Below, piece after piece: positions 42,067-55,287 of a stretch of 64,000 nt of DNA (its first letter is position 1; every line of letters starts with the position of its first letter). Below the pieces are notes generated by a model. It was not told the DNA's origin, made no database searches, and worked only from the letters and a program-made list of their open reading frames with translations. Source of the DNA: Eledone cirrhosa (Eukaryota); the NCBI GenBank assembly GCA_964016885.1, contig CAXHJY010001669.1, forward strand, positions 231,122-295,121, read 5' to 3'. Position numbers and translations under genes: made by a program.

Positions 42067-43489
42067 TGCAAGTATATTTATGAGCCAAATTGTTCAGTTG
42101 ATTCCAAAAGTCGGCGTATGAATACATAAATTTGCGACGAACTCACAGGACATGTGAAGGAATTCTACGCATGCGTCCACTAGTATTACTTCTGAGAGAG
42201 AAATCTATTGGAGCCGGATCCCATGAAAGCCTATCGTGTTTCTTTGGCGGCCAGCAGAGGACGCCTTGCTGCTGGGAGAGCTCCACGCTTGTTCTGAACT
42301 CATTTTGCGCGCGAAATCCGAAGTCAAATGCACTGTAATGAACGCCCAGGTTGCTGTGACACTGAGAAATTGCAATAGTTCTGTTGCTCCTGTTTTTCTT
42401 TTCACTTGCCCCGTTATGCACCGACATAATCTGAAATGAAAGGCATACGGATAACATCGACATGAACACAGAACATACATTTGTATGAGAGAGAGGGAAA
42501 GAGGTGGTGAGTGATAGGGAGAGAAAGAAAGAAAGAGAAAGAGGGAGAGAGAGGGGGAGATCTGACAAATATACACCTCCAATTCTCTTTCTCTCTTTCA
42601 CTCACTCTCTGTTGGGAACAGCTTTTCTTTCACACGTGTTACATCCAAAACACGACTGTGTTCCAGTTTGATCACATTTATTAAGGAATTTTCGTATGTG
42701 TGTGTATAGGGAACAAGCTTTTTTTTAGAAACATATTGTATTGAAAACACGACTGTGTTCCAGTTGGTTCATGTTTATTAAAGATTTTTTTGAGTTTCCT
42801 TATTAGTTCTTTATGTTTAGTTTGAAACAGGAGCCTTCCTAAATCCATGTGCGCATTAACGTTTTGAGACCTTCACAACCCCAGCTTCAGAATCCGAATG
42901 GTCATACTAGTGACGTATTAGTCATGTGTTTAGCAGTGGTTATAAACGATCATGGTGTGGTAGGAGATCGTGGACATACCTAATTAAACATTTCTCAACG
43001 GTTGAAGCATGTCATTTATCATAATTGGTTTTTACGTAGATATTAGTAAAGCCTCCATAGTTGTTCAACTTGTTTTATGTGGATGTGTATATAGAATTAT
43101 AACTAGTGTAGTGGGGACTTTCTAAAAGGTCTGTCTGCAGCCCGGAAACTCATTAGGCCGGTGCTTATCCTGGTTTCTTTAACGATAAGCAACTGAGAGT
43201 ACACGGCCTCCTTCTCTGGACAGAACGCCAATCCATCGCAGCGTTAAACGACCCAACTACTGTTAGAACTCCCTCAAGCTGGTAACAGACTCTGACCAGA
43301 GGTAAAATGAAGGTCTCTGAAGCTGATAATAAGTCCAGGCGAGATCAACATCAAAAGGATGAAAGTTAATCTCGGCGGGATTTGAACTCAGAGTGCAAAA
43401 GCAGAACAAATACCGCATTAGCAGCATTTTATCCGACACTCAATTCTGTCAATTCACCACCATCAACTCAGCCAATATTGATAACATTG

Positions 43490-44162
43490 GTCAACAAAAT
43501 GCTGCTTTTTTTCTGTTAACCTAAGTTTGAGACCTATTCTTGAGTAATTTGGGGCCACTGAGTTTAAAAAGGACAATACGTTTCTTTTATCACGTTGAAT
43601 CTTTACAATGGTCAACACACTTTTTGCTGACTTATGTTTTGTTGTTGTTTTTAGCTAATTTTGAAGTGCTGATTTCAAATATGACATCCATAGTTTCCTA
43701 ATACGTCAAGCTTTCATTCTATAGCACATCCATTTATTATTATACACAGTATGAATAATATAATTTACTTAAGATGGATTACTAAGTTTTATAGCTTGAA
43801 ACCATAAGTGATAATGTCAATAGAATCTGATATGATAGATGAAATACAAGATAACATCACCTTTTATTAAATAGATCTTGTTAATTCTAAAATAATATGG
43901 ATAAAATACAAACAATCCTACGCTAACCAACATATTCATGGAACAAATTTTCGCTTACGAGGGCGCCATGAGTGTTTCATGTCTACACAGTCTCTTTGAT
44001 TACTCCAACAGTAGTCTGCCATCATGTGTGTGTTCCATCTACCTTGATATCTTTTAGGCTGCAACATGAGCATAAAGATTCATTTCTTCGAGAACCATTT
44101 CGATGAATTTCCTATTAATCTTGGAGACGTGAGCGACGAGCATGGTGAACACTTTCATCAAT
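43490..44162. mobile_element. Chapaev/CMC-like transposase C-terminal remnant with internal inversion
   Basis: + strand 44056-44162 reads LGCNMSIKIHF..HFDEFPINLGDVSDEHGEHFHQ; the continuation KRYQGRWNTHMMADYCW is on the minus strand at about 44005-44055. Confidence 0.55.
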
Positions 44163-45534
44163 TCCTCAAACATTCCTTCCACTTGGCCCTGTCAGAAGCA
44201 ACCGTCTCCAACTGATCCGGCTGGATTCCCAAGCGAGACCAGCCAAGCTCATAGATGTTATCCAACCATCTTGCTCTGGGTCTACCCTTGGGTTCCTGCC
44301 GGTTGTTTTTGCCCGTAAAATCTGTCCAGCGATTCTTTTCTGAGACATTCTAACCACATGTCTATAATATCGGAGCTGTGATCTCTCAATTCGGAAAAGC
44401 AGTGGCTCGACCAGGAGTGACTCTCTGATCTCCAAGCTACGCACTCTATCGAGTAACGTTAAACTTAACTCCTATTTTGTTTCGACTAGGTTTCTCACCT
44501 TAAATATCGATGGGCTGGTGGGTTCTCCCCTACAGGATATTTTGGACTGTTCTCCGCCCATATAAAATAATACGCATCATGGAGTCATTTTCTGTTTCCG
44601 GTTTAGAATAGGTACACCATATCTCTGCGTGTCGTAAGAAGTAACTAAAAGGCTTAATACATGGAACGGTATCTGACTGTAACACATTCCCTAGAGACAC
44701 TATGTTGGAGTAGCCCGATCCAAAAATGTTCCGTGTATGTAGGAATTTCCCATTTCTTAAATGGAAATTCCTTCCAATCTACTGTTCTTCAATAAAACTG
44801 ACGCTGTTTCCAGCAATGTTTAAAAAGATAGCTCTAGAAATCTAGTTCTTATGCTTTGTGACATTCGTTCCGGCTCTGGGAGTTCAAAAGCTGACAAGAT
44901 CAACTTGCCTTTCATCCGTTGGAGGAAGATAAAAAAAGGTACCAGTCCAATACAAGGGTCGATTATTCCTTTTATATCGCTTCTTCAGGGGAAAAAAATC
45001 AGCTGAGGAGGGTATCTGCCCCATCAGGTTTAAAATGACCAAGAAATGCCGTATATCACATATCACTACGGTGCCTTTACGTCTCTGCCAAAGGTTAAGG
45101 GTCTATGCATATATAAGTAAGAATTTCGTTTTTGTTATACTTCTGTAGAAACTTATTACATTCTGTTAGGAATTTAATACCAAAAATGAAATTTATCAAT
45201 ACGCCTTCTGGCAGCAGTATATACAGGCACTCTGTTGTGAAGATTTGTAATTCAAGTAAAATTCTCGGTGTAGTTCATGTGGATCAGCTTTGGTGCACTG
45301 GAAAAGATATGTCACGTCTTTCAAATTCATGCACAACAGGTGTTGCAAATTCAAAGAACAAGTCATTTTTTCTTATCTGACAATATTTCTCTTATCCTTG
45401 CTTTGAATCTGGTATCAAACTATAATTTAGCCAATTCAAAGGAAAAGTGTAAAACGAGTCACTGGCAAGATTCGAGAGTAATCACAATCGCTCTATTGGC
45501 ATTTATACACCGTGTGCATATGTATGTGAAGATG

Positions 45535-45860
45535 CGTGGCGTAATGGTTAGGGTTCTTGCCACATGATCATAAAATCGGGAGATTGATTCGCCGACCAGG
45601 CGGCGTGTAGCGTCCTTCAGCAAGTCATTTTATTTCACATTGCTGTAGTTCACGCAGCTGGCAAGAATGAATTATAGGTGTAGTTCAACGGAGTCAGTCT
45701 TATCACAAATTGTGTCATGTTGAATCTCCATGCCAACTACGATGAGAGTGCACGTATCTATGGAATGTTCAGCCACTTACACGTTAATTTCACGAGCAGG
45801 CAGTTCCATTGGTTAAATCGCATGGAGTACTCGTCGTCGGAAACGACGGAGGTCCAACAA
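45535..45860 (+). mobile_element. tRNA-derived SINE (second family)
   Basis: A box 'tggcgtaatggttagg'; body homologous to 25630-25908. Confidence 0.7.
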
Positions 45861-46066
45861 CAGAGTATATACAAATGCGTTGCCACAAAAATACGTATCA
45901 TATACCATACCTACATGTTTGTGTGTCACTATAAACTCAGAAGGATTTTTTTTTTTTTCTCTGTGGTTATGTATATATTTTCTTGAGAGATAATGTATAT
46001 GTTTGTCTCTGTGAGTGTTGAAAACTCAGTCAGTGAAATGTAAAAGAAAAAAGAAAAAAGACGAGC

Positions 46067-46425
46067 AGTGAGTCTTAAACACGTGGCCCGCGGGCCACAA
46101 AAAGCAAACAAACAAACAAACAAAAGCCGCTTGTACTAATTTACATATGCCTCCCTGTTACTATCATTTACGTATTCATCTGGGTAATAAAAAATAAATA
46201 AATAATAGCCTATCAGCTGTATTGCAGATTATTAAAACTGGTGGAAATCATGCAAGAACATAGAACATAAAACCTATTTGAAATGAAGCTCAAGCAACTG
46301 CGTCTAGTTTGACTTTGTGAATGGTACGCCTAATTTCAAAATAGCCTTGAATTCTTTAGAGCAGCCCACCTTATGATGAGCCAGATTTCTTGCAGCCCAC
46401 TGCTCGAAAAAGGTTGCCCATGCCT
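46067..46425. mobile_element. hAT-type MITE remnant
   Basis: Charlie-like subterminal 'gtggcccgcgggccac' and end 'aaaggttgcccatgcctg'; no TSD match. Confidence 0.4.
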
Positions 46426-46940
46426 GTTCTAGATATATCATAAAGGCTTGCCGAAATGCCTCTGATCACTAAAACCAACAACGCCTCCACCACTACTAAC
46501 ATTACAAACATCACACCAATAATACAAACACTACCAGCAGTACTACGACCACCACTGCCAACCCACCAATATGAACATCAACACTAACAACACAATCATC
46601 ACCAACATTACGGACATCAAAAACTGTACCACCACCACAACAACAACAACACAATCACCACCAGCACTACCACCTCCATCACCACAATCAACTTTACGGA
46701 CATCAACACGAATAAGAAAACCATCACCACCACAACCACGAACCCTAGCAACATTAAGTACCATCAAGACAGCCATGTCAAAGTGTAGTATATATATAAA
46801 GCTACACTCATAACAATAACTTGCATGTAGAGTGGGGAAGAGGAGTACATCATCAGAAGGGGCTGGATGGGTGGGGATTAGGGAGCCGTTAATTGAGAGG
46901 ACAAATTTGATATACTATATATGGCTTTAAGGCGGCAGGT

Positions 46941-48303
46941 TGGCAGAGTCGTTAGAACGTCGGATAGAATGGCAGAGTCGTTAGAACGTCGGATAGAATG
47001 GCAGAGTCGTTAGAACGTCGGATAGAATGGCAGAGTCGTTAGAACGTCGGATAGAATGGCAGAGTGGTTAGAACGTCGGATAGAATGGCAGAGTCGTTAG
47101 AACGTCGGATAGAATGGCAGAGTCGTTAGAACGTCGGATAGAATGGCAGAGTGGTTAGAACGTCGGATAGAATGGCAGAGTGGTTAGAACGTCGGATAGA
47201 ATGGCAGAGTGGTTAGAACGTCGGATAGAATGGCAGAGTCGTTAGAACGTCGGATAGAATGGCAGAGTGGTTAGAACGTCGGATAGAATGGCAGAGTCGT
47301 TAGAACGTCGGATAGAATGGCAGAGTCGTTAGAACGTCGGATAGAATGGCAGAGTCGTTAGAACGTCGGATAGAATGGCAGAGTCGTTAGAACGTCGGAT
47401 AGAATGGCAGAGTCGTTAGAACGTCGGATAGAATGGCAGAGACGTTAGAACGTCGGATAGAATGGCAGAGTGGTTAGAACGTCGGATAGAATGGCAGAGT
47501 GGTTAGAACGTCGGATAGAATGGCAGAGTCGTTAGAACGTCGGATAGAATGGCAGAGTCGTTAGAACGTCGGATAGAATGGCAGAGTGGTTAGAACGTCG
47601 GATAGAATGGCAGAGTCGTTAGAACGTCGGATAGAATGGCAGAGTCGTTAGAACGTCGGATAGAATGGCAGAGACGTTAGAACGTCGGATAGAATGGCAG
47701 AGTGGTTAGAACGTCGGATAGAATGGCAGAGTGGTTAGAACGTCGGATAGAATGGCAGAGTGGTTAGAACGTCGGATAGAATGGCAGAGTCGTTAGAACG
47801 TCGGATAGAATGGCAGAGTGGTTAGAACGTCGGATAGAATGGCAGAGTCGTTAGAACGTCGGATAGAATGGCAGAGTCGTTAGAACGTCGGATAGAATGG
47901 CAGAGTCGTTAGAACGTCGGATAGAATGGCAGAGTCGTTAGAACGTCGGATAGAATGGCAGAGACGTTAGAACGTCGGATAGAATGGCAGAGTGGTTAGA
48001 ACGTCGGATAGAATGGCAGAGTGGTTAGAACGTCGGATAGAATGGCAGAGACGTTAGAACGTCGGATAGAATGGCAGAGTCGTTAGAACGTCGGATAGAA
48101 TGGCAGAGTCGTTAGAACGTCGGATAGAATGGCAGAGACGTTAGAACGTCGGATAGAATGGCAGAGTGGTTAGAACGTCGGATAGAATGGCAGAGTGGTT
48201 AGAACGTCGGATAGAATGGCAGAGACGTTAGAACGTCGGATAGAATGGCAGAGTCGTTAGAACGTCGGATAGAATGGCAGAGTGGTTAGAACGTCGGATA
48301 GAA
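46941..48303 (+). repeat. 29-bp minisatellite x47 expanded from a SINE A-box
   Basis: Unit TGGCAGAG(TC/TG/AC)GTTAGAACGTCGGATAGAA in exact 29-bp phase. Preceded by the SINE start GGCGGCAGGT and followed by the SINE body (48304-48400). Confidence 0.95.
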
Positions 48304-49720
48304 TGCTCAGCGGTTTTCGTTCCGGCTCTCAATTCCCGCTGAGGTCAACTTTGCCTTTCATCCTCCCGAGGTTGATAAAAAAAGTAGCAGTACAATACTG
48401 GAGTCAGTTCTACCACTATATCTCTTTACTTCTTCTCTATCACTCTCTTTCCTTACTCTGGAAGAAATTGGCTGGCTGTATTCAGATCTGGAGGGGAGAT
48501 GGACTCAGTCAGGTTTAAAACAAAATACCCGTATGTCATTACAGCTCCCCTACGTCTCTGCTAGGAGTTACGGGTCCATATATACATATGGCTTTATATG
48601 CTTTAGGATTTAAATATGAAATGCTGAAAACAGGGGTCTCAAACTCAAATACTTAAAAGTGCCATTACGTCATGGGGAAGTGGCACAGCGATTCAAAAGT
48701 GAAATGAAAGGGGAGGTCGTAATTTCCACCAGTTACAATGCTAATTTACAATACGATAGTAAGTGAGATATGTGAATTAGAACAAAATCTAGGACAAATT
48801 TTCCATATTTTCTTTTGGTAAATTCCCTTTGATCCATTTACATTTTTTATGAATTCCATTCTTTCCATTTTATTTTATTTCATGGGTAAATTGCAATAAA
48901 TTGTACTTTAAAAATTATTAAAACAGGAATAAATTACCAGCTTGACTTACAGGGTAAAGTGGGAAGCGTTGGCAGATAAAGAAGTCAGGAACAGGTTTGC
49001 GGACACTATTGCATCCAAATACAGAGATCTCCCTGAGAAAACTGAGGACGTTTAAACGTAAGGACTGTTCACCTCAGCGGTTTCTGCTTCAATTGTTAAA
49101 TGTTGCGAGCGAAAGCGGCTAGGCGTGGCGCCGGAGGACTCATTGGTTCAATGAAGTGGCAATCCGAGCAAAGAATGAGGCTTACAAAGAAACATTGTCA
49201 AACCCTGATTCATCTTATGGTTGTTTATTTGCTTTAGGTTGGCAGATCAAGCTTATTACTGCTGCAACTTAAGTATGGAAGGGGCGAAGGACAATTTACC
49301 AAGTTTTAGGAAAATGTAAATCATGAAAATTGTTCTGCCTCAGGCCATAGAAAGGTAGTTTTCCATTATATACATTTAAAAAAATCCTAACAAAAGGAGC
49401 AACGTGAAATATATTTTGCTCAAGAACAACGCTCCACCCTGTTCAAGGAATCGAATCCAGAACCTTAAGATCGTAAGCTCAACGCATCAACAGGTCACGT
49501 GTGAATGGAAACAGTGGCTAAATCTTTAAATGTTATCCATACTGTCTTGAAAAGGAAAGGCACGTTTAATAATGCAGTCTGAAGTATTAGAGGTCTAGCT
49601 GTATCTGTTCTGGCTCCTGTCTAAATCCGATCTTATATCCCCTCATATCACGTTTGGCCTGTTATGCCTCCCTCCATGACGTAATGGCCCTTTAAAGAAC
49701 CTAAGTTTGAGACACCTGAT

Positions 49721-49750
<30 letters not shown>

Positions 49751-49752
<2 letters not shown>

Positions 49753-49950
49753 AGTCCCACAATAGTTAGTTCGCCATATCGAGAACAAATGTTTCACCTT
49801 ATGCGAATCTTCCGACGAGCTGAAGATCCGCATAAGGTGAAACATTTGTTCTCGATATGGCGAACTAACTGTTGTGGAACCACTTCTACCAAACTCGTCC
49901 CATGGACTGAGTGGTCTACTACCACGGATATAACCCTCCACTGTTCTACT
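49751..49950 (+). mobile_element. Fold-back PLE-terminal-repeat-like element with HHR
   Basis: About 60-bp inverted arms around 49813-49820. HHR at 49816-49854: CGAG-CUGAAGA-UCCgcauaaGGU-GAAA-CAuuUG-UU-CUCG. Confidence 0.75.
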
Positions 49951-49956
49951 ATTATA

Positions 49957-51390
49957 TCATCATCATCGTTTAACGTCCATATTCCACGCTTGCATGGGTT
50001 TGGACGGGAGTTTTCCCACTTGAGGCAAGAGTGGTTGTCTTGCGGGTTTTCTACGGCTGGATGCCCTTCCTAACACCAACCACATTTACAGTGTGGAACT
50101 GGGAGGTTTTTTCCGTGTTACCTACACGGCCACATTACAGCGTGGACTGTGTTTTTTTGTCGTGACACCTACACGACCTCATTTGTTTCGGCCTGGATGT
50201 TGTGGTACCAACATAACTTTACATTGAAAGGGGCGGGGGTGGTGGGACGGGGGTGTATTTTGTTAGAGGTGCCTACTGGCTGTAGTAGGTTTTACTTTGT
50301 ATTTAGGTAAGGCGGGTCTTCTCTATTACTGAGTACCGCCAAAGATCTCGGTCCAGTGACATTGTCTTGGAGAGGTGTAAGTGTGTGAGGTCGGAATTTA
50401 TCAAATCGTCCCAGGTTTTTCTGGGTCTGCCTACTCCGTGGCTACCGTCTATTTTTATTGCCCTGCACTTTTTTATACAGCTGTCGTCTTTCATGCGCAT
50501 CACATGACCATACCAACGTAGCCTTCTCTCGAGTAAACAACATCTGATCCCTCTTATTTCTAATTTTTTCCTTAGTTCGTTTATGCTTTGCCGTTCACGT
50601 ATATTACTATTACACATCCAGCGGAGCATGCAAGCTTCGTTCTTCTCTAGTCTGCGTATATCCTCTGCACACAATGCCCAGGTCTCACTGCCATGCAACA
50701 TTGCTGTTCGTATGCAGGCATCATACAGCCTGCCTTTCATTTTTAGGGAGAACCCTTTAGCGGCTAATAGTGGTATAAGCTCTCTGAACTTTTTCCATCC
50801 AGTTCTGACTCTGGCTACTCTACTTTCAGGGCACCCTCCACCACTGCTGATTTTGTCACCCAGGTAACGGAAGGTGTCCCCTATTTCTATAGAACCCTCT
50901 GTGCAATTGAAAGAGCTAGTATTTTGTGGGCACTTGCTGCTACTTATTGCACCAGAGCACCGGCCACATGTAAAATCTATGTTCTTAGTTAGCTTACCTG
51001 TGATCCCACTACATCTTTTATGCACCCATACTTTGCATTTGGGACATAAAATGGAGTTTCTACATACGCACTGAGCATGGCCATTTCCCGGATGGGACCG
51101 GCGCCCTATTTTCCTTCCTACAAACTAGAACTTTAGTCTTAGCCAGCTTAATTTTAAGGCCTTTTGATTCTAGGCCATGCTTCCATGTTTGGAATTTCTT
51201 CTCTAGTTCGGCCATTGATTCAGCTATGAGCGTTAGATCATCTGCGTATAGGAGCTCCCATGGGCAGCCGGTCTTGAACTCCACTGTTATAGCCTGAAGG
51301 GAAATAATAGTAGGGGGATAAGAACGGAGCCCTGATGAACACCAACTTTTACGCTAAACTCTTCACTATATTCGTTGTTAATTCTAACCT

Positions 51391-51392
<2 letters not shown>
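49957..51392 (-). mobile_element. 5'-truncated RTE-like LINE with PHD-like finger after the RT core
   Basis: VGVHQGSVL, ELLYADDL, then WPCSV..C..C..WVHKRCSG..FTCGRC, FRYLGD, GSETWAL, RRLRWYGHV. Confidence 0.85.
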
Positions 51393-51425
<33 letters not shown>

Positions 51426-51653
51426 TTACTCTGAAAGAGGAAATGAATGAAAACTTCACAAAATTTTATTATATAAATATTTATTCATATTATTCATAAG
51501 AGTGAATAAAAGGAAAAAAAATTATATATATATATTTCTTTTCTTCTCCGATAATTATTTCACAAAATGATTGCCTCTGTTATAAGTGCTTTCTGTTGAA
51601 ATCTCTGTAAACCGCACATACATGTCTATCTCTCCACACACAATATATATATA

Positions 51654-51689
<36 letters not shown>

Positions 51690-51694
<5 letters not shown>

Positions 51695-52751
51695 GGGTTG
51701 GACAGAAAGTTACCGTCGTTTTTCAAAAGGAGGTATTTTGGTAGAATTTTCTGGAAATGTTGGGAGGTAGCGCATGCGCACATATATAAGTGTCGTTGGA
51801 ATGTGCATTTCTCATTTTCTGTTACGACGCCAATGGGGATCAATCCAAATCGCTTAGTCGTGGCTGTTTACTTCATGACTTCAAATATGGCCTAAGCACA
51901 GCAGCATCGAGTCATCGCATTAACAATGCATTTGAGTCACACACCGCGTCTGATTTACACGCTTCCGATCCTGTGATTGTAGTCTTGAAGAGCGACCTCG
52001 CACGGGATGTCCAACTGACTTAAATGACGAGCAACTGCGGGAGCAGGTGGAAGCTAAGCCACGCCTGACATCAACTCCCCAATCACTTGAACGCAATATG
52101 GAAGGTGTCCAAGCTACACCAATGGCTTCCTCACAATCTGACTGATCATAATAGTGAATGATGGGCAGCAGCTGCGGCTTCTCTACCATCGCACAACCAA
52201 CTAGCTACATTCCATTGTCACTGGCGAGGAAAAATGGTGTTTCTACATTGTCAAGCGCAAGCGATTGTGGGTTGCTAAATAGAGTGTGTCAATGGCAAGC
52301 AAAGGCTGGCCTCCACCTTCGCAAAGCTCTATTGAGTGTCTGATGGGACTGCAAAGGTGTTGTCCACTACAAGCTGCTCCCGCTGAACACCTGCATGAAC
52401 TGACCGTTATTGCCAACAACTAGCGGTGAAAATGGCACAAGTGCGCCTACATACTTCGAGGATGAGCCATAAGAAGATGCTGGAGCTCATGCCTACGTTC
52501 ACCTTTTTCTCTCAATGAGCAATGTAATGCAGTCAAAGACCTTCGCCTATGAAGACCAGTTAAATCAGTGGCTGACGGAATTCTTTGCATCGGAGCCAGA
52601 AGAATTCTGCAGGGATGGAGTCATGTACCTTCCTAGACGATGGTAGATGATAATCATAAATGATGGCAATTATTTTGACTTGTAAAATTTTCCTAATACT
52701 AAAATACATCAGTCAATAAAAATTTTGAAAAACGGCGAGAACATTCTGTCA

Positions 52752-52757
<6 letters not shown>
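51690..52757 (+). mobile_element. Degenerate mariner (SETMAR/Mos1-like) transposon
   Basis: About 35-bp imperfect TIRs (ggttggacagaaagttaccgtcgtttttcaaaa / ttttgaaaaacggcgagaacattctgtcaacc) in TA tracts. Remnant motifs CLLHDFK.G, DCKGVVHYKLLP, FFAS...GVMYLPRRW..II.NDGNYFD. Confidence 0.85.
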
Positions 52758-52807
<50 letters not shown>

Positions 52808-52862
52808 TGAGCACTCCGTCAGTTGTACCTATCTATCTTATCACGTCTACCTTCTTTTATTA

Positions 52863-53050
52863 AATAATTGTTTCTACTTTTGGCACAAGGCCAGCAATTA
52901 CCCAGTGCATTACTGGTACTTTATTTTATCGACCCCATAAGGATGAAAGGCAAAGTTAACCTCGGAGGGATTTGAACTCAGACCATAAAGGGAGGTAACT
53001 ATGCTTCAAAGCATGGCGTCCGACCCTCTACCGATACTGCCAATCCACCG
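52863..53050 (-). mobile_element. Young SINE
   Basis: Nearly identical to 20318-20510. Confidence 0.85.
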
Positions 53051-53998
53051 TTTACATTTCAGAGGCGTTATGCAGTAGTGGTGTAAGTCTAACAACTCAT
53101 GACCTGTCTGCCGTTTGATGACGACGTGTAAAACTTACATAACTATTGTCTCTGAAATGTACATAATGGTCGTTATCTAATAAATTGAAGTATGGAAATG
53201 TAGAATCGTGCATATATATAAACACACACACACACAGAGGCGCAGGCATATAGAAATTTTTATATGTGCGTTAGAGTATTTTATAATATATCTACATATA
53301 TTCTTATTTGATTGTGAGTGCCGTGTTTGCACCATATCAATCCATAAGCAGTATTAAGCACACCACCTCGTTCATATGCATCTGACTATGATGTAAGATC
53401 CAGTAAAATTTTACACAATGGAGCATTGGTATACAAATAGACGTTAAGACAAGGTTTTTTTTTTTAATATAAAGTTAATTATGTAATAACCAACCTGTCT
53501 TAAGGTTCATTTGTATTTACACACTATATATAAAGAGAAGTTTGGTAGGTGGACATACATATATAGACACAGATTACAGATGTACACACTGAATGATCTG
53601 ATATGGAATGTGCTGCACTATTGTTGATTAAATCAGTTTTGATGCACCAGACAGAATGCAGTGCATTATAGTGCACTAACAATATGCAACAGATGCTTCT
53701 CAGTACAAATGTGAATCAGGATTCAACATTACATATTGTAGAATACAGACAGATTGTCATAATGAATTGGTGTGTGTGTATGTTAAGTTGTAATTAGAAA
53801 GTGTATTAAATGATGATTACGAAGAGACACACACACACACATATCATTAATTATATTATATAAATATGTCGCTGTTGTAACTAATTATATATATATAAAT
53901 AATATATGTGTCGGATGGTAGTTAAGTTGCTTCCATAGGCGGTATGCCAGTTGAGCACTATGATATTACAGAGCTGGGTATGATATAATATAAAACGA

Positions 53999-54029
<31 letters not shown>

Positions 54030-54033
54030 TATA

Positions 54034-54360
54034 GGCACATGGCTTAGTGGTTAGAGCATTGACCTTGCAATCGAAAGTTGTGAGTTCAATTCTCAGACCG
54101 GGTGATGTGTTGTTTCCTTGAGCAAGACACTTTATTTCACATTGCTCCAGTTTACTCAGCTGTAGAAATGAGATGATAGGGACTGGAGTCCCTATCATTC
54201 CACTGCAAAGTGGTCGTGGAGGTGCAACGGTAAAAAAGCACCCAGTACTCACTGTAAATGAGGTTGGTGTTAGGAAGGGCATCCAGCTGTAGAAATCAAG
54301 CCAGAATCAGTTCCCGTCTCACCCTTGCTAGCAGGGAAAAAGCGGACGTAAAATGAAATG
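54034..54360 (+). mobile_element. tRNA-headed SINE with RTE-LINE-like 3' tail
   Basis: A box 'tggcttagtggttaga', B box 'gagttcaattc'; 3' part 'gttggtgttaggaagggcatccagctgtagaaa' matches the 3' UTR of the LINE at 34714/49957. Confidence 0.7.
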
Positions 54361-55187
54361 ATATATATATCATCATCATTACCATATAACATCCATTTTT
54401 CCATGCTACCATGGTTTAGATGAGTTGTCTCGTGAGACAAGTCAGATCAGATGACCATGTCTTGCTGATACAGAACCGTTTCTGGCTTGGTTTCTATGGC
54501 TGGATGCCCTTCCTAATGCCAACCACATTTACAATGTGGACTGGGCACTTTTAGTCATAACACCAACATGACTACTTTACACACACATTATATGATCTAT
54601 ATTTATTTGTACTGTGCGCCAGATTAAAGCAGTGTCAGTAGTTTGTGTGTGCATGTGCATGCGTGCAGGCCTATGTGTGAATGCATATGCATGTAAGCAA
54701 TGTTAATCCGAGAAAGATGACACAATGGTGACACTGAAATATCCACGTTCATTACTCAGCAGCAATAACAAGAAACATCTCTAACAATAGCACAGAAACG
54801 CTTTCATATTACAATCATTGGAACTCAAACAATAAAGAACTTTGGTTTAAAAAATAAACAAAACAAAAACTAAATAAATCAACTTCATAAATCAAAATTA
54901 GAAAAAAATTACCAAGACCACCTCCGATCATTCATACAACATTGTCCACAGGAATTGGGATTTCAGTCAGTAATTTTTTTTTTTTTTAATGAAATTTTTT
55001 AAAAGTTTCTTTTTTTTTTACATTTTCGGAAGGGGGAGGGGCATGAAGAATTGTGATGGTGGTTATCGTTTCGTCAGTTCTTTTTACATAAGGCTAAAGA
55101 CGATGGATAAATCCAACATAATTATCAGTATCATCATATCAACATTATTAATATTATAAGATATCAGTGCATGCAACACATGCTGAA

Positions 55188-55287
55188 TCAGTCTAAAGCA
55201 TCAAGGCAACAACAGGCTAGACAGGCAGCACACAGGGCAAACAGGCAGCACGATTCTGTGTCAAATCTGCGTTTTTGCTCGACGTAT
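55188..55287 (-). CDS. CYSTM1-like protein, last coding exon (Cys-rich transmembrane module)
   Basis: Polypyrimidine tract and AG acceptor (ttttttttatccctctgtag), phase 2; encodes YVEQKRRFDTESCCLFALCAACLACCCLDALD*. Confidence 0.85.

Noticed and set aside
46490-46800. Thr/Pro-rich mucin-like ORF
   Set aside because: Degenerate (ACC/AAC)n low-complexity sequence without splice or start context.
46941-48303. CRISPR array
   Set aside because: Head-to-tail 29-bp units with no unique spacers, no cas genes, eukaryotic context; the unit derives from a SINE head.
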